NCBI RefSeq assembly: GCF_004010195.1
Contig: NC_057718.1
Span: forward strand, 72,069,469-72,113,535
DNA: 44,067 bases
Source of the DNA: Chiloscyllium plagiosum
Lineage: Eukaryota
Reading direction: 5' to 3'
Shown here: positions 1 to 11,268 of the stretch, piece by piece
Position numbering within the stretch: the stretch's first letter is position 1
Layout of the letters: the number at the start of each line of letters is the position of its first letter
Translations under genes and position numbers: made by a program
Notes under the pieces: model-generated
What the model was told of the DNA's origin: nothing
The model's database searches: none
Seen by the model: only the letters and a program-made list of their open reading frames with translations

Positions 1-330
1 ATGCAGGTCGCTGACGTCACTGGGGGCGGAAGTAGCTGCGGCGACCACGGAGACAGAGTTCTTCCCCGTAGCCGCGGAGGTCGACAATCTGTTGGCGATT
101 GTCTTCATGACGATCGCAGAGCAGGTTGTCTGTGCGGCGATCCTGGAGGCGGTTGTTTGGGCCGCGATCATGAAGGTTGCGAGGTCGGTGGGGGCGGAAG
201 TGACGTCATCGGCGGCGGCGTCTGCGGCTATTGCCGCGGGCGCTGTAGCGGCCGCGTGTGTAATGGTGCCAGACTGGTTTCGGAGGCCGATGGAGAAACA
301 TTCTCATGATCTACTCTGTCCATGCTTCTC

Positions 331-763
331 AATTTCAGAAACCAACAACAAACTGCCATTTCTAGATGTCACATTAGAGTGAACAGCTAATGGGGAACTT
401 CAAACCAGCGTCTACAGGAAAACAACACATACCAACCAAATTGAACTACAGAAGAAATCACCTCAACATCCACAAATGAAGCTGCGTCAGAACATTATTC
501 GAACGAGTCACCACACACTGGCAGCACAGAGGAACTATGCAGAGCAGAGGAAATCCCCTACACCACTTTTTACCACCCCGAAGAAAAGGAACAGGAGATG
601 GCATCATCAACTCAAGGAAACTTAAACACGTAAATAAAAAAATGGGCCACATCTGGATGAAGTGTGCTTCATCTGGAAGCTCACTGATGATGTTACCTAG
701 TATGGTGATGAACCATCTGAAAAAGAACCTTCCTGTTCAGCAAGCAAACCTACATCCAGAACC
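331..763 (+). mobile_element. Penelope-like (Poseidon-type) fragment: RT C-terminal part plus 3' end with degenerate hammerhead
   Basis: NNKLPFLDV...QTSVYRKTTHT...CVRTLFERV motifs; tail cactgatgatgttacctag...gcaaacctacatcc is shared with 10136-10447 and 20008-20569. Confidence 0.75.
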
Positions 764-769
764 TTATCT

Positions 770-1840
770 ATGACTCATGATTTTATAGATCTCGATAAGG
801 GGAGCACTCAGTCTCCTACGTTCCAGAGGAGAAAGTTGCAGCCTATCCAACCTCTCCTTATAACTCGAGCCTTTCAGCCCAGGTAGCATCCTAATAAATG
901 ATTTCTGTACTCTTTCTAGTTTAATAATATCTTTTCTATAGTTGATCGAGCAAATTGCATGCAGTACTCCAAATATGGCCTCACCAATACTTTGTACAGC
1001 TGCAATAAGATATCCCAACTCCTATACTCAATGCCCTGACCATTGAAAGGAAGCATGCCGAAAGCATCTTTGCACCCTGTCTACTTGTGACTCCACTTTC
1101 AAGGAGCTATGAACTTTTACCCAGAGATCTCTTTGTTCTATAACACTCGCCAAAGCTCCACCATTGACTGTGTAAGCCCTACCCTGGTTTGACCCACTAA
1201 AATTCAACACCTTGCATTTATCTAAATTAAACTCCAACTGCCATTCCTCAGCCTCCTGGCCCAGTTGATCAAGACCTTATGTCATTCCCACATAGCCTTC
1301 TTCACTGTCCACGATACCACCACTCGAAGTCATCTGCAAACTTATTAACTATACCTCCTAAATTCTCATCTAAATCATTTACATAAATGACAAATATCAG
1401 TGGACCCAGCATTAATCCCTGTGGTACATCATTGGGCACAGGCCTCCAATCTAAATAACAGCTCTCTACCACCACCCTCTGTCTTCTATCATCAAGCCAA
1501 ATTTGTATCCAAATGGCTAGCTCTCCCTGAATCCTGTGAGATTCAACCTTACTCAACAATCTGCCATGCTGCACTTCATCAAAGGCCTTAGTAAAATCCA
1601 CGTTGATTACATCTCCCACACTGCCCTCATCTACTTCTTTGGTCACCCCTTCAAAACTCTCGTTCAAATCTGAGTCTCAATTTCCCACACAAAGTCATGT
1701 TGTTTATCCCTACTCAGTCCTTGCCTCTCCAAATGTCTGTAGATCCTGATCCTCAATCCACTCTAACAACTTGCCCACTTTCACATTAGGCTTACCAGTC
1801 TGCAGGTCCTAAGCATTTTCCTACAACCTTTCTTAAATTA
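770..1840 (-). mobile_element. CR1 LINE ORF2 (RT) fragment, decayed
   Basis: DFTKAFDEVQH, VPQGLMLGPLIF, KFADD, MEFNLDKCKVL, LERVQKSFIRMLPGL on the minus strand. Confidence 0.92.
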
Positions 1841-1930
1841 TGATTTGGAGATGCCGGTGTTGGACTGGGGTGTACAAAGTTAAAAATCACGCAACACCAG
1901 GTTATAGTCCAACAGGTTTAATTGGAAGCA

Positions 1931-1965
1931 CACTAGCTTTCAGAGCAATGCTCCTTCATCAGGTG
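1931..1965 (-). ncRNA. Minimal hammerhead ribozyme (Penelope pLTR)
   Basis: Reverse complement: CAC-CUGAUGA-aggagcauugcucu-GAA-AGCU-A-GUG. Confidence 0.75.
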
Positions 1966-2173
1966 ATAGTGGAGGGCTCGATCGTAACACAGAATTTATA
2001 GCAAAAATTTACAGTGTGATGTAACTGAAATTATACATTGAAAAATTGATTGTCTGTTAAGCCTTTCATCTGTTAGAATACAGTGATAGTTTCACTTCTT
2101 TCATGTGTAAATCACAAAACCTTTTTTTAAAGTTGCATTCTCGGGTTAATTGTTAACAATGGTGATAGCTAGA

Positions 2174-2766
2174 TCTTCCCCTGCCACCACAGGAACTGCA
2201 AAACCTGCGCCCACACCCCCTCCCTCACCTCCATCCAAGGCTCTAAAGGAGCCTTCCACATCCAAAGTTTTACCTGCACATCCACTAATATCATTTATTG
2301 TATCTGTTGTTCCCGATGCGGTCTCCTCTACATTGGGGAGACTGGACACCTCCTAGTAGAGCGCTTTAGGGAACATCTCTGAGACACCCGCACCAATCAC
2401 CCACACCGCCCCGTGGCCCAACATTTCAACTCCCCCTCCCACTCTGCCGAGGACATGGAGGTCCTGGACCTCGTTCACTGCCGCTCCCTCACCACCAGAC
2501 GCCTGGAGGAAGAACGCCTCATCTTCCACCTCGGAACACTTCAACCCCAGGGCTACAATGTGGACTTCAACAGTTTCCTCATTTCCCTTTCCCCCACCTC
2601 ACCCTAGTTCCAAACTTCCAGCTCAGCAGTGTCCCCATGACTTGCCCTACCTGCCTATCTTCTTTTCCACCTATCCACTCCACCCTACTCCCACCCCCGA
2701 CCTATCACCTTCATTCCCTCCCCCACTCACCTATTGTACTCTATGCTACTTTCTCCCCACCCCCAC
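2174..2766 (+). mobile_element. Second Penelope family: GIY-YIG C-terminal fragment
   Basis: FPCHHRNCKTC, IIYCICCSRCGLLYIGET, RFREH, VAQHFNS, RRLEEERLIFHLGTLQP, then a pyrimidine-rich 3' UTR running into the N-gap. Confidence 0.85.
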
Positions 2767-3482
2767 NNNNNNNNNNNNNNNNNNNNNNNNNNNNNNNNNN
2801 NNNNNNNNNNNNNNNNNNNNNNNNNNNNNNNNNNNNNNNNNNNNNNNNNNNNNNNNNNNNNNNNNNNNNNNNNNNNNNNNNNNNNNNNNNNNNNNNNNNN
2901 NNNNNNNNNNNNNNNNNNNNNNNNNNNNNNNNNNNNNNNNNNNNNNNNNNNNNNNNNNNNNNNNNNNNNNNNNNNNNNNNNNNNNNNNNNNNNNNNNNNN
3001 NNNNNNNNNNNNNNNNNNNNNNNNNNNNNNNNNNNNNNNNNNNNNNNNNNNNNNNNNNNNNNNNNNNNNNNNNNNNNNNNNNNNNNNNNNNNNNNNNNNN
3101 NNNNNNNNNNNNNNNNNNNNNNNNNNNNNNNNNNNNNNNNNNNNNNNNNNNNNNNNNNNNNNNNNNNNNNNNNNNNNNNNNNNNNNNNNNNNNNNNNNNN
3201 NNNNNNNNNNNNNNNNNNNNNNNNNNNNNNNNNNNNNNNNNNNNNNNNNNNNNNNNNNNNNNNNNNNNNNNNNNNNNNNNNNNNNNNNNNNNNNNNNNNN
3301 NNNNNNNNNNNNNNNNNNNNNNNNNNNNNNNNNNNNNNNNNNNNNNNNNNNNNNNNNNNNNNNNNNNNNNNNNNNNNNNNNNNNNNNNNNNNNNNNNNNN
3401 NNNNNNNNNNNNNNNNNNNNNNNNNNNNNNNNNNNNNNNNNNNNNNNNNNNNNNNNNNNNNNNNNNNNNNNNNNNNNNNNNN
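2767..3482. other. Assembly gap
   Basis: N run. Confidence 0.99.
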
Positions 3483-6049
3483 GCATCTCCAAATCATGAC
3501 TACTATCGACACCACTAACCGCCAGCTTAAAGTGGAGAGGATCTCCAAGAAGATTGCACATATCGACACAGACATGAAGATTCTACAGGAATGCAGGCAA
3601 GCAGGAAAGATCCCGAAAGGATTACGGATCACGAACCCACTTAGGTCGACCTATAACACAGACTATGCAGAGAGACTTTGCCACCGCACCTCTCGTAAAC
3701 TCCTCAATCATCTCATGCACCAACTCTACAGCAGGCGCCACAACCTTGAAATTCAGATGGAGTCCACACTCTCAGCCTGCACACAGGATACATCAGTACA
3801 ATTATGTGACATTGCCAAACAGACAAGGCGACAAAACTACACCACGTACATGCACACCAAGAACAAAAGACTGGAGAAACTTGGCATTCTCACCAGTAAT
3901 AGCCCTGGAACCACAGTAGACAACATTATCACTGCGAGGAAGTCTACTGTCAACTTATCGGACCACATCCTTCGACCGGAAGAGATTGAAGTCCTGAGTA
4001 GAGGTCTCAACTTCTGCCCCACCACTAAAATGGACCCGTTGGTTCTGGCAGCAGACACAGAGGAGTTCATCAGATGAATGAGACTCCGAGAATTCTTTCA
4101 AGGTGCCGGCAGTGATCCCACTGATGAACTGGAACAGTCATCACAGGGATCTGTAGAAGAGCGACCAAAGGTGGTGTCAACATGGACCCCACTGGAGGGC
4201 CGCTGCCCTGGGCTTGATATGTATGCTCAAATTGTCGGGAAATATATAAATGCCAGATTCATCAGCCGTACCCACAAGGTAGAGCAAAACATCACCCGTT
4301 CACAACGCAATACCATCCAGGCTCTCAAAACCAATCACAACATTGTCATCAAACCAGCAGATAAAGGAGGAGCCATTGTCATTCAGAATAGAACAGATTA
4401 CTGCAAGGAAGTGTACCAACAACTGAACAACCAGGAACACTACAGGCAACTACCAGCTGATCCGACCAAAGAACACACCCGAGAATGAAACACACTGACC
4501 AGAACTTTGGATCCAGTCCTTCAGAGTTCCCTACGCGCCCTCATCCCACGTACTTCTCGTGTAGGCGATTTCTGCTGCCTTCCAAAGGTACACAAAGCCA
4601 AAAGTAGTGTCGGGCAATGGGACCCTATGTGAGAATCTCTCCGGCTATGTGGAAGGCATCTTGAAACCTATTGTACAGGCGATCTCCAGCTTCTGTCGCG
4701 ACACTACGGATTTCTTACAGAAACTCAGCACCCATGGACCAGTTGAACCGGGAACATTCCTCGTCACAATGGACGTTCCCACACTCTACACCAGCATCCC
4801 CCACAATGATGGCATCACGGCAACAGCCTCAGTACTCAACACCAACAACTGCCAGTCTCCAAACACCATCCTACAACTCATCCGCTTTATCCTCGATCAC
4901 GTCTTCACCTTTGACAACCAATTCTTCATCCAGACACACGGAACAGCCATGGGGACCAAATTTTCACCCCAATATGCCAACATTTTTATGCACAGGTTCG
5001 AACAAGACTTCTTCTCTATGCACGATCCCCAACCAACATTGTACACCAGGTACACTGACGACATTTTCGTCCTCTGGACCCATGGCAAGGAGTCACTGAT
5101 AAAACTACACAGTGACATCAGCAAGTTTCATCCCACCATCAAACTCACCATGGACTACTCTCGACTATCTGTCTCATTCTTGGACACATATGTTTCCATC
5201 AAGGATGGACACCTCAGCACCACACTCTACCGCAAACCCACAGGCAACCTCACAATGCTACACTTCTCCAGCTTCCACCCAAAACATATTAAAACAGTCA
5301 TTCCCTATGGACAAGCCCTACGCATACACCGGATCTGCTCAGATGAGGAGGAACGTGACGTACTCAAGGCTGCCCTCACAAGAACGGGGTACGATGCTCA
5401 ACTCATTGACCGCCAGTTCCGTGCTGCAACTGACAGGGTACCCTTCGTTGTTCAGTACTTCCCAGGAGCTGAAAAATTACGCCATGTTCTTCGTGACCTG
5501 CAACACATTATCAATGAGAATGAGCACCTCACCAAGACCTTCCCCACACCTCCACTACTTGCCTTTAAACAACCGCCAAACCTCAAACAGATCATTGTTC
5601 GCAGCAAACTGCCCAGCTCTCAGGACAACTCCATACAACCCTGTCACGGTGGACGCTGCAAGACGTGTCAGATTGTGGACATAGATACCACTATTACCTC
5701 CCACCTTGTACATGGCAGGTACTCATGTGACTCAGCCAACGTTGTCTATCTTATACGTTGCAGGCAAGAATGCCTGGAGGCATGGTACATTAGGGAAACC
5801 GAGCAAAGGCTATGACAACGGATGAATGGGCACCGCACAACAAACAACAGACAGGAGGGTTCCCTCCCAGTTGGGGAACACTTCAGTGGTCCAGGACATT
5901 CAGCCTCGGACCTTTGGGTGACCATCCTCCAAGGTGGACTTCGGGACAGGCAGCAGAGGAAAGTGGCCGAGCACAGGCTGATAGCTACGTTCGGTACCCA
6001 TACGGAGGGCCTCAACTGGGACCTTGGGTTCATGTCACATTACAGGTGA
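3483..6049 (+). pseudogene. Penelope RT + GIY-YIG endonuclease ORF, disrupted by stops and a frameshift
   Basis: LSRGLNFCP, IKPADKGGAIV, GTAMG, YTRYTDDIF, LYRKP, Cys linker PCHGGRCKTC, VVYLIRC...WYIRET (GIY-YIG), RMNGHR, GLN. Confidence 0.92.
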
Positions 6050-6059
6050 TCACCATTGC

Positions 6060-6193
6060 ACTACACACACACTGTCACATACACACGGACACAGGTACAC
6101 ATAGACACGCACACAGACACCCACACACACCCTTATAGACACACACACTCCCACATGCACCCCCTCACAGACTTAAGACACTCTGCACTCACT

Positions 6194-6225
<32 letters not shown>

Positions 6226-6295
6226 TCACTTTCTCACACTCACAACCCCCACCCCAGACAGACACATACACAGACAAAGACCCACATGCACACAT
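6060..6295 (+). repeat. CA-rich microsatellite in Penelope 3' UTR
   Basis: (CA)n tracts, pure run at ~6194-6220. Confidence 0.9.
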
Positions 6296-6657
6296 ATATT
6301 TTGTGGGGTGAATTTGTATTTGCAGAGTTACATTGTACTTTGCTCAAAAACTGCATGAGTTTATGTAACACTCTGTCATCTCACTTTTTAGATTAGAATC
6401 AATCTAAACATCATGGCATAGACAGAGAACACGGGGGCCAACACCTTCAACATATTGTCTAGCTATCACCATTGTTAACAATTAACCCGAGAATGCAACT
6501 TTAAAAAAAAGGTTTTGTGATTTACACATGAAAGAAGTGAAACTATCACTAACAGTTGAAAGGCTTAACAGACAATCAATTTTTCAATGTATAACTTCAG
6601 TTACATGACACTAAATTTTTGCTATAAATTCTGTGTTATGAAGGAGCCCTCCACTAT

Positions 6658-6692
6658 CACCTGATGAAGGAGCGTTGCTCTGAAAGCTAGTG
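6658..6692 (+). ncRNA. Minimal hammerhead ribozyme (Penelope pLTR)
   Basis: CAC-CUGAUGA-aggagcguugcucu-GAA-AGCU-A-GUG: core boxes, stem I CAC/GUG, palindromic stem III. Confidence 0.8.
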
Positions 6693-6726
6693 TGCTTCCA
6701 ATTAAACCTGTTGGACTATAACCTGG

Positions 6727-7478
6727 TGTTGGGGAGATTTCACTGCGGTGTTTAATGTAGGGCTAGGGAGGGTGACACTTCCAGCCCTGAAATGGTTAAC
6801 AACAGCCAAGCGAGCTGCTGCAGGCGATTGCATGACTGCTGGAGCTTGTAAGGGATATGCATAATGTTAATTAAATCTTGGAGCCTGTAAATACCAGCCA
6901 GTATCAATTGCCCCATCGAAACTCGGGATTAATAAAGAAACTGATCGGAATCTGTAACTGTTAGACAAGTGTGAATTGCTCTATCGGAACCTGTAACTAG
7001 TGAGTTTGAATGGCTCTATTTAAGTCTAAAGTTGATAAGTGTAATTGACAATTTAGTTAAACTAAAACTATTGAAAATGGCTAGCCTGTCAGACGCATAG
7101 TAATTCCTTGACACAATGGACTATTGAATACGGGATCGGAACCGCTCCCAGGGATGGTTGAGCCATTGTCAAGCACAGCAGGAGCTGGACAGGCACTTCG
7201 ATGCGGCCAATAGGAGGACGGATCCCCAGCGCGCGCAGATGAATGGACCAATGGGGAAGGCGAACTGACCGGGGACTCCAGGCAGCGCGAAGTATAATTG
7301 TGTCAACTTTGAACGGGAAGGGAGAACGCCTTCTCCAACGAATGCATGCTTGTAGATTCGTTGTATCAGTTAAGATTCTGTGAATAAACTGCTGTCTGCG
7401 TCTAATCATAGTTGCCAGTGTGAGTCTCTCCTTCCAAAAGAACACGCAAAGACGGGACCCTCCGGGTCCGTCTTAACA
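6727..7478 (+). mobile_element. Putative solo LTR of an unidentified family
   Basis: TGTT...AACA termini, internal short direct repeats (ggagcttgtaa/ggagcctgtaa; atcggaatctgtaact/atcggaacctgtaact), two CCAAT boxes, TATA-like site ~7292, AATAAA at 7383. No short TSD. Confidence 0.65.
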
Positions 7479-7494
7479 TTGAGCCCTCCACTAT

Positions 7495-7529
7495 CACCTG
7501 ATGAAGGAGCGTTGCTCTGAAAGCTAGTG
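7495..7529 (+). ncRNA. Minimal hammerhead ribozyme, identical duplicate of 6658-6692
   Basis: Same 35-nt motif inside an 87-nt direct repeat. Confidence 0.8.
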
Positions 7530-7677
7530 TGCTTCCAATTAAACCTGTTGGACTATAACCTGGTGTTGTGTGATTTTTAACTTTCTTAAATTAAATACTC
7601 TTGTTGTTTCCCTCAAATTCTACTTGATGCTCTTATTCGAGTTTGAATTAATTTTCACACTGTACTTTGCATGGGAA

Positions 7678-8218
7678 TGAGATATTAAAGAGTTAATTTG
7701 TTCTGCTGACCTGCAAGAAATTGAATACCCTGGGGGCAGGATGAGATTTCTGTTCTAGAGGTAGAATTTAAGTGATTTTGCATTGTAATTCCTTACCATT
7801 CAGAGCATTTGTATCATCATCACCTATTCAGAAGTCAACTGGAACATTACAATTGAAATTCTGACTGCACCCTACAGTTACAAAAAAACACAATTCACAC
7901 CAGATCTGGCCATTAAGGAATGATTTGCGTTGTACTGTTTCTGGAAATGATGTGGTCACTAAATTGTGTTTTGAGGGGCATGTAACTGTGGGTTTAGATT
8001 AGATTAGATTACATTACATTAGATTGTCTTGTGGGCATTACTGACTGTGATGTAAAGATTTTATATAAAGGAAGGACTGTTCCTTTGTTCAGGGAAACCA
8101 CTCGACATGCTTCTCAAGCTTACTGTACTGACTTAATAAAATTTGGCTGTTGTTCACAGAAGTTGGTGTATTGCAGTTGCATCAAGTGTGAAAGAATGTC
8201 AGGAAAAATAACTTAACA
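7678..8218 (+). mobile_element. Solo LTR of class I ERV family
   Basis: TG...CA termini, alignable to LTR 11580-12182, flanked by 4-bp TSD GGAA (7674-7677, 8219-8222), no PBS after it. Confidence 0.85.
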
Positions 8219-8329
8219 GGAAGGCCTCATAAACAATGCCTGGATGAAATTTTATTTGGCAGCTCATCTGAAATTGTGGATGTTCAAATAAACGAAGCAC
8301 ATGACCTGCCCACCAACTACAAACAGTGT

Positions 8330-8640
8330 CTCCCATTTGATTTATTTTTGGTGATTTCAGATGACAAATTAGATGTGAAGGTATGCTGTGAACAGGATGC
8401 CAAGAATTTACAGCATGATTTGAACAACGTGCGAGAGTGTACATACAATATAGAAGCAGGCCTTTCAGCCCACCATGTTAATGCCGACCAACAAATACCA
8501 AAATATAACAATCCCAATTACCTGCACTTGGTACATAACCTACGACGCTTTGGCATTTTACATATTCATCCAAATGCTTCTTAAATGTTGCATGAGTTCA
8601 TGCCTCCACCACCATTTCAGTAAACATGTTTTATATATTT
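8330..8640. mobile_element. Old CR1 fragments (RT piece on +, 3' tail on -)
   Basis: ISDDKLDVKVCCEQDAKNLQHDL resembles the CR1 FADDTKL...LQ.DL region; the 8450-8640 stretch resembles a CR1 3' end in reverse. Confidence 0.55.
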
Positions 8641-10135
8641 ATCACTGATAGACTGTCTTTATACTGATACCCACCTTGGCAAGGAGGGAATGAGTAATAT
8701 CATATTGTGTACCTGATGGCACCTCCGGTTGAGGCAGGCCAAAAGCATGTCAGATCATGTTCAACATGTCAGCAAAACAATGCCGTTCAAGGGGTACACT
8801 GCATAACAGGGAGAACACCCTTGCCAGGAGGTAAATTTGAATGTATCCAGCTTGATTTCATTTAACTGCCACGTTGTTATAAGTATTGTCTTTTTATTAT
8901 TGACATATTTAGTAGATGGATTGAAGCCTTTCTGATCACTAATAATAAAGCCTCAACAGTGGTAAAATTACTCCTGACCGAGATCATACAGAGGTTTGGA
9001 GTGCCTCGGCAGCTTAGTTCAGACAATGGCCCCCACTTTGTGGCTTGTTGTTGAGTTTCCCTATGTGAGGCACTGCATATCCAGCAGCAATTCCATTGCG
9101 CTTATCACCCTCTGGTGGCAGGAATAGGGGCAAGAGCAAACTGGATTCTTAAAACCAAACTGACTAAGTTAATGTCTGAAACAGGCCTTGCCTTTAGCCC
9201 TGTATCACATGACGCTTACCCCATACTCGACCACTACACTATCAGCAGCAGGAATAATTTATGACTGAACCAGTAGGAACCCTTGGGATGCAAACACAGA
9301 CCCACCCACCCACGTAAACTTAAATATTATGGGAGATGAAATGCAGAGATACTTTCAGCAGCTAACATCGCTGCTGAAGTTTCTCCACTCATGGGTAAAG
9401 CACGCCTTCGGACCACCAATGGATCAAAATTCAGATGACCAGAGCGAGCCCCCCAGACCATAAACAGGAGAACTCATGCTGATCAAGCTTGGACACAGAT
9501 GGAAAATATCATTCCAGATGCTCCTGTAGACACCAATGACAAAGTCCAAGGACAGAGTCGCTCACTCCACCTGACTGACTGTAAACGATGGTCCCCTCAA
9601 GTAGTCTAAAGACTACACTTACAGTCTACATTAGGCCTAGAGGACAATTTGTTTTATAAGACACACACTTTTGCATGGTAATTGAACTGTGTGTTACCCA
9701 TTTGCCCAGTCAGTAGAGACAGCATTTGTAGCCATTCTTGGGTGGACCTCCCCCTCAAGCTATACAGCACAGATACTTCAAACACCCGCTGTATTGGTCA
9801 AAGCTGGAAGTTTATAAGGATGTCATCGGGACAGTGCATAGAGCTGATAAATTCAGATAAGACTCAGTCCCCTAGCTGCACAGGGACGCGGGGAAGATAT
9901 GGTACAACTTGCTATGATCCTATTAGCTATCCACTTTGCTTGTCAGGACGGGGGGCCTGTCCTTACGCTTTGGTTCCCACAAATACCTTGTGCCCAAAAG
10001 CAATGTGTGCATAGGACTGCCAGGTGTGCAATGGAATATTCACCTGAATCTGTGACAAGGAACTGCAGGAAGGCAGTTCATTAGTGGGCATTGCAATGGA
10101 ACCCATGTGAGCTCAGCCTTGGGTCATATCCTTTC

Positions 10136-10447
10136 TTTGGATGTAGGTTTGCTCGCTGAGCTGGAAGGTTTGTTTTCAAACGTTTAATCAACATACCAGG
10201 TAACATCTTCAGTGAGCCTCTAATGAAGCACTCATGGTGTAGCCTGCTTTCTATTTATATGTTTAAGTTTCCTTGAGTCAAATATATAAATAGAAAACAG
10301 GCTTCACCACCAGTGCTTCATTCAGAGGTTCACTGAAGATGTTACCTAGTATGGTGACAAAACCTCTGAAAACGAACCTTCCAGCTCAGCAAGCAAACAT
10401 ACATCCAGAACCTCAACCTGAGCTACAAATCTTCTCAAAAGTTGCTA
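10136..10447. mobile_element. Short palindromic Penelope derivative inserted in env
   Basis: 10139-10260 is an imperfect reverse complement of ~10284-10407; each arm has a decayed hammerhead (cactgaagatgttacctag...). Confidence 0.8.
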
Positions 10448-10983
10448 ATATCTTTTTTATGATTACCAATTGATTGGATCAGAAGAAAACTCCAGTCAGG
10501 AGAGAAACTGGAGATATAAACAATTTGCGACTGCCAATAACCAAGTGGTGAAATGCAACATCCGAAAGAGGGCGTGTGTTCCTTCTCAACGGGACCTTCA
10601 CCATGGCCACTCTGACTCTACCCACCCTGTTTGCTGTAGGGACAGTAGGATCACTCACTGTCCCATGCCCACAGAAGGCACCTGCCCACTGCAGAGTAGT
10701 ATCATGAGCTATTGGTCAGGAGTTTTGTGCAGATTGGAAGGATCCAGTGACTCTGGGCTCTTCCCTTGGTCACAGGTTCCTGGGGACATTACCCTCGGGG
10801 ATTAGCAGGAACAATGACAGCAAAGAACTGAAATTACCTCATTTGTTAACCATCCTGGGAAACAGTACAGTGAGGGGACTAGATGCAGTTAATCGGGAAT
10901 TGGCGGAGTTAAGGCTATACACGCAACTGACCAGATATGCAGTAGACTATCTATTGGCCCAACAAGAGGGTGTGTGTACAATA

Positions 10984-11268
10984 GATTAGATTAGATTACT
11001 TTACAGTGTGGAAACAGGCCCTTCGGCCCAACAAGTCCACACCGACCCGCAAACCACCCATACCCCTACATTTACCCCTTACCTAACACTACGGACAATT
11101 TAGCATGGCCAATTCACCTGACCTGCACATCTTTGGAACTGTGGGAGGAAACCGGAGCACCCGGAGGAAACCCACGCAGACACGGGGAGAATGTGCAAAC
11201 TCCACACAGTCAGTCGCCTGAGGCGGGAATTGAACCCGGGTCTCTGGCGCTGTGAGGCAGCAGTGCCC
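10984..11268 (-). mobile_element. HE1-type V-SINE in env TM
   Basis: tRNA-derived head, V-domain, CR1-like tail, (AGATT)n; TSD ACAATA at 10978-10983 and 11269-11274. Confidence 0.93.

Larger units (their letters stand above)
1841..7580 (+). mobile_element. Near full-length Penelope-like element (Neptune-type) with inverted 5' pseudo-LTR
   Basis: ~1880-2173 is the reverse complement of the 3' end (~6458-6730, continuing to 7580). 13-bp direct repeat CTTTCTTAAATTA at 1828-1840 and 7581-7593 (TSD). Internal RT plus GIY-YIG ORF. An N-gap lies inside, so continuity is assumed. Confidence 0.85.

Noticed and set aside
1..382. Plus-strand ORFs 1-309 and 92-382 as host genes
   Set aside because: No recognisable domain; openness is explained by high GC, and the second runs into Penelope RT sequence.
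2558..4077. Long ORFs in the track spanning N-runs (also 22410-23570 and 38659-39387)
   Set aside because: Length is an artefact of assembly gaps; only the flanking Penelope-derived residues are real.
7994..8026. (AGATT)n run inside the solo LTR as an LTR feature
   Set aside because: Absent from the related LTR and identical to the HE1/CR1 3' tail repeat; probably an extremely truncated insertion.
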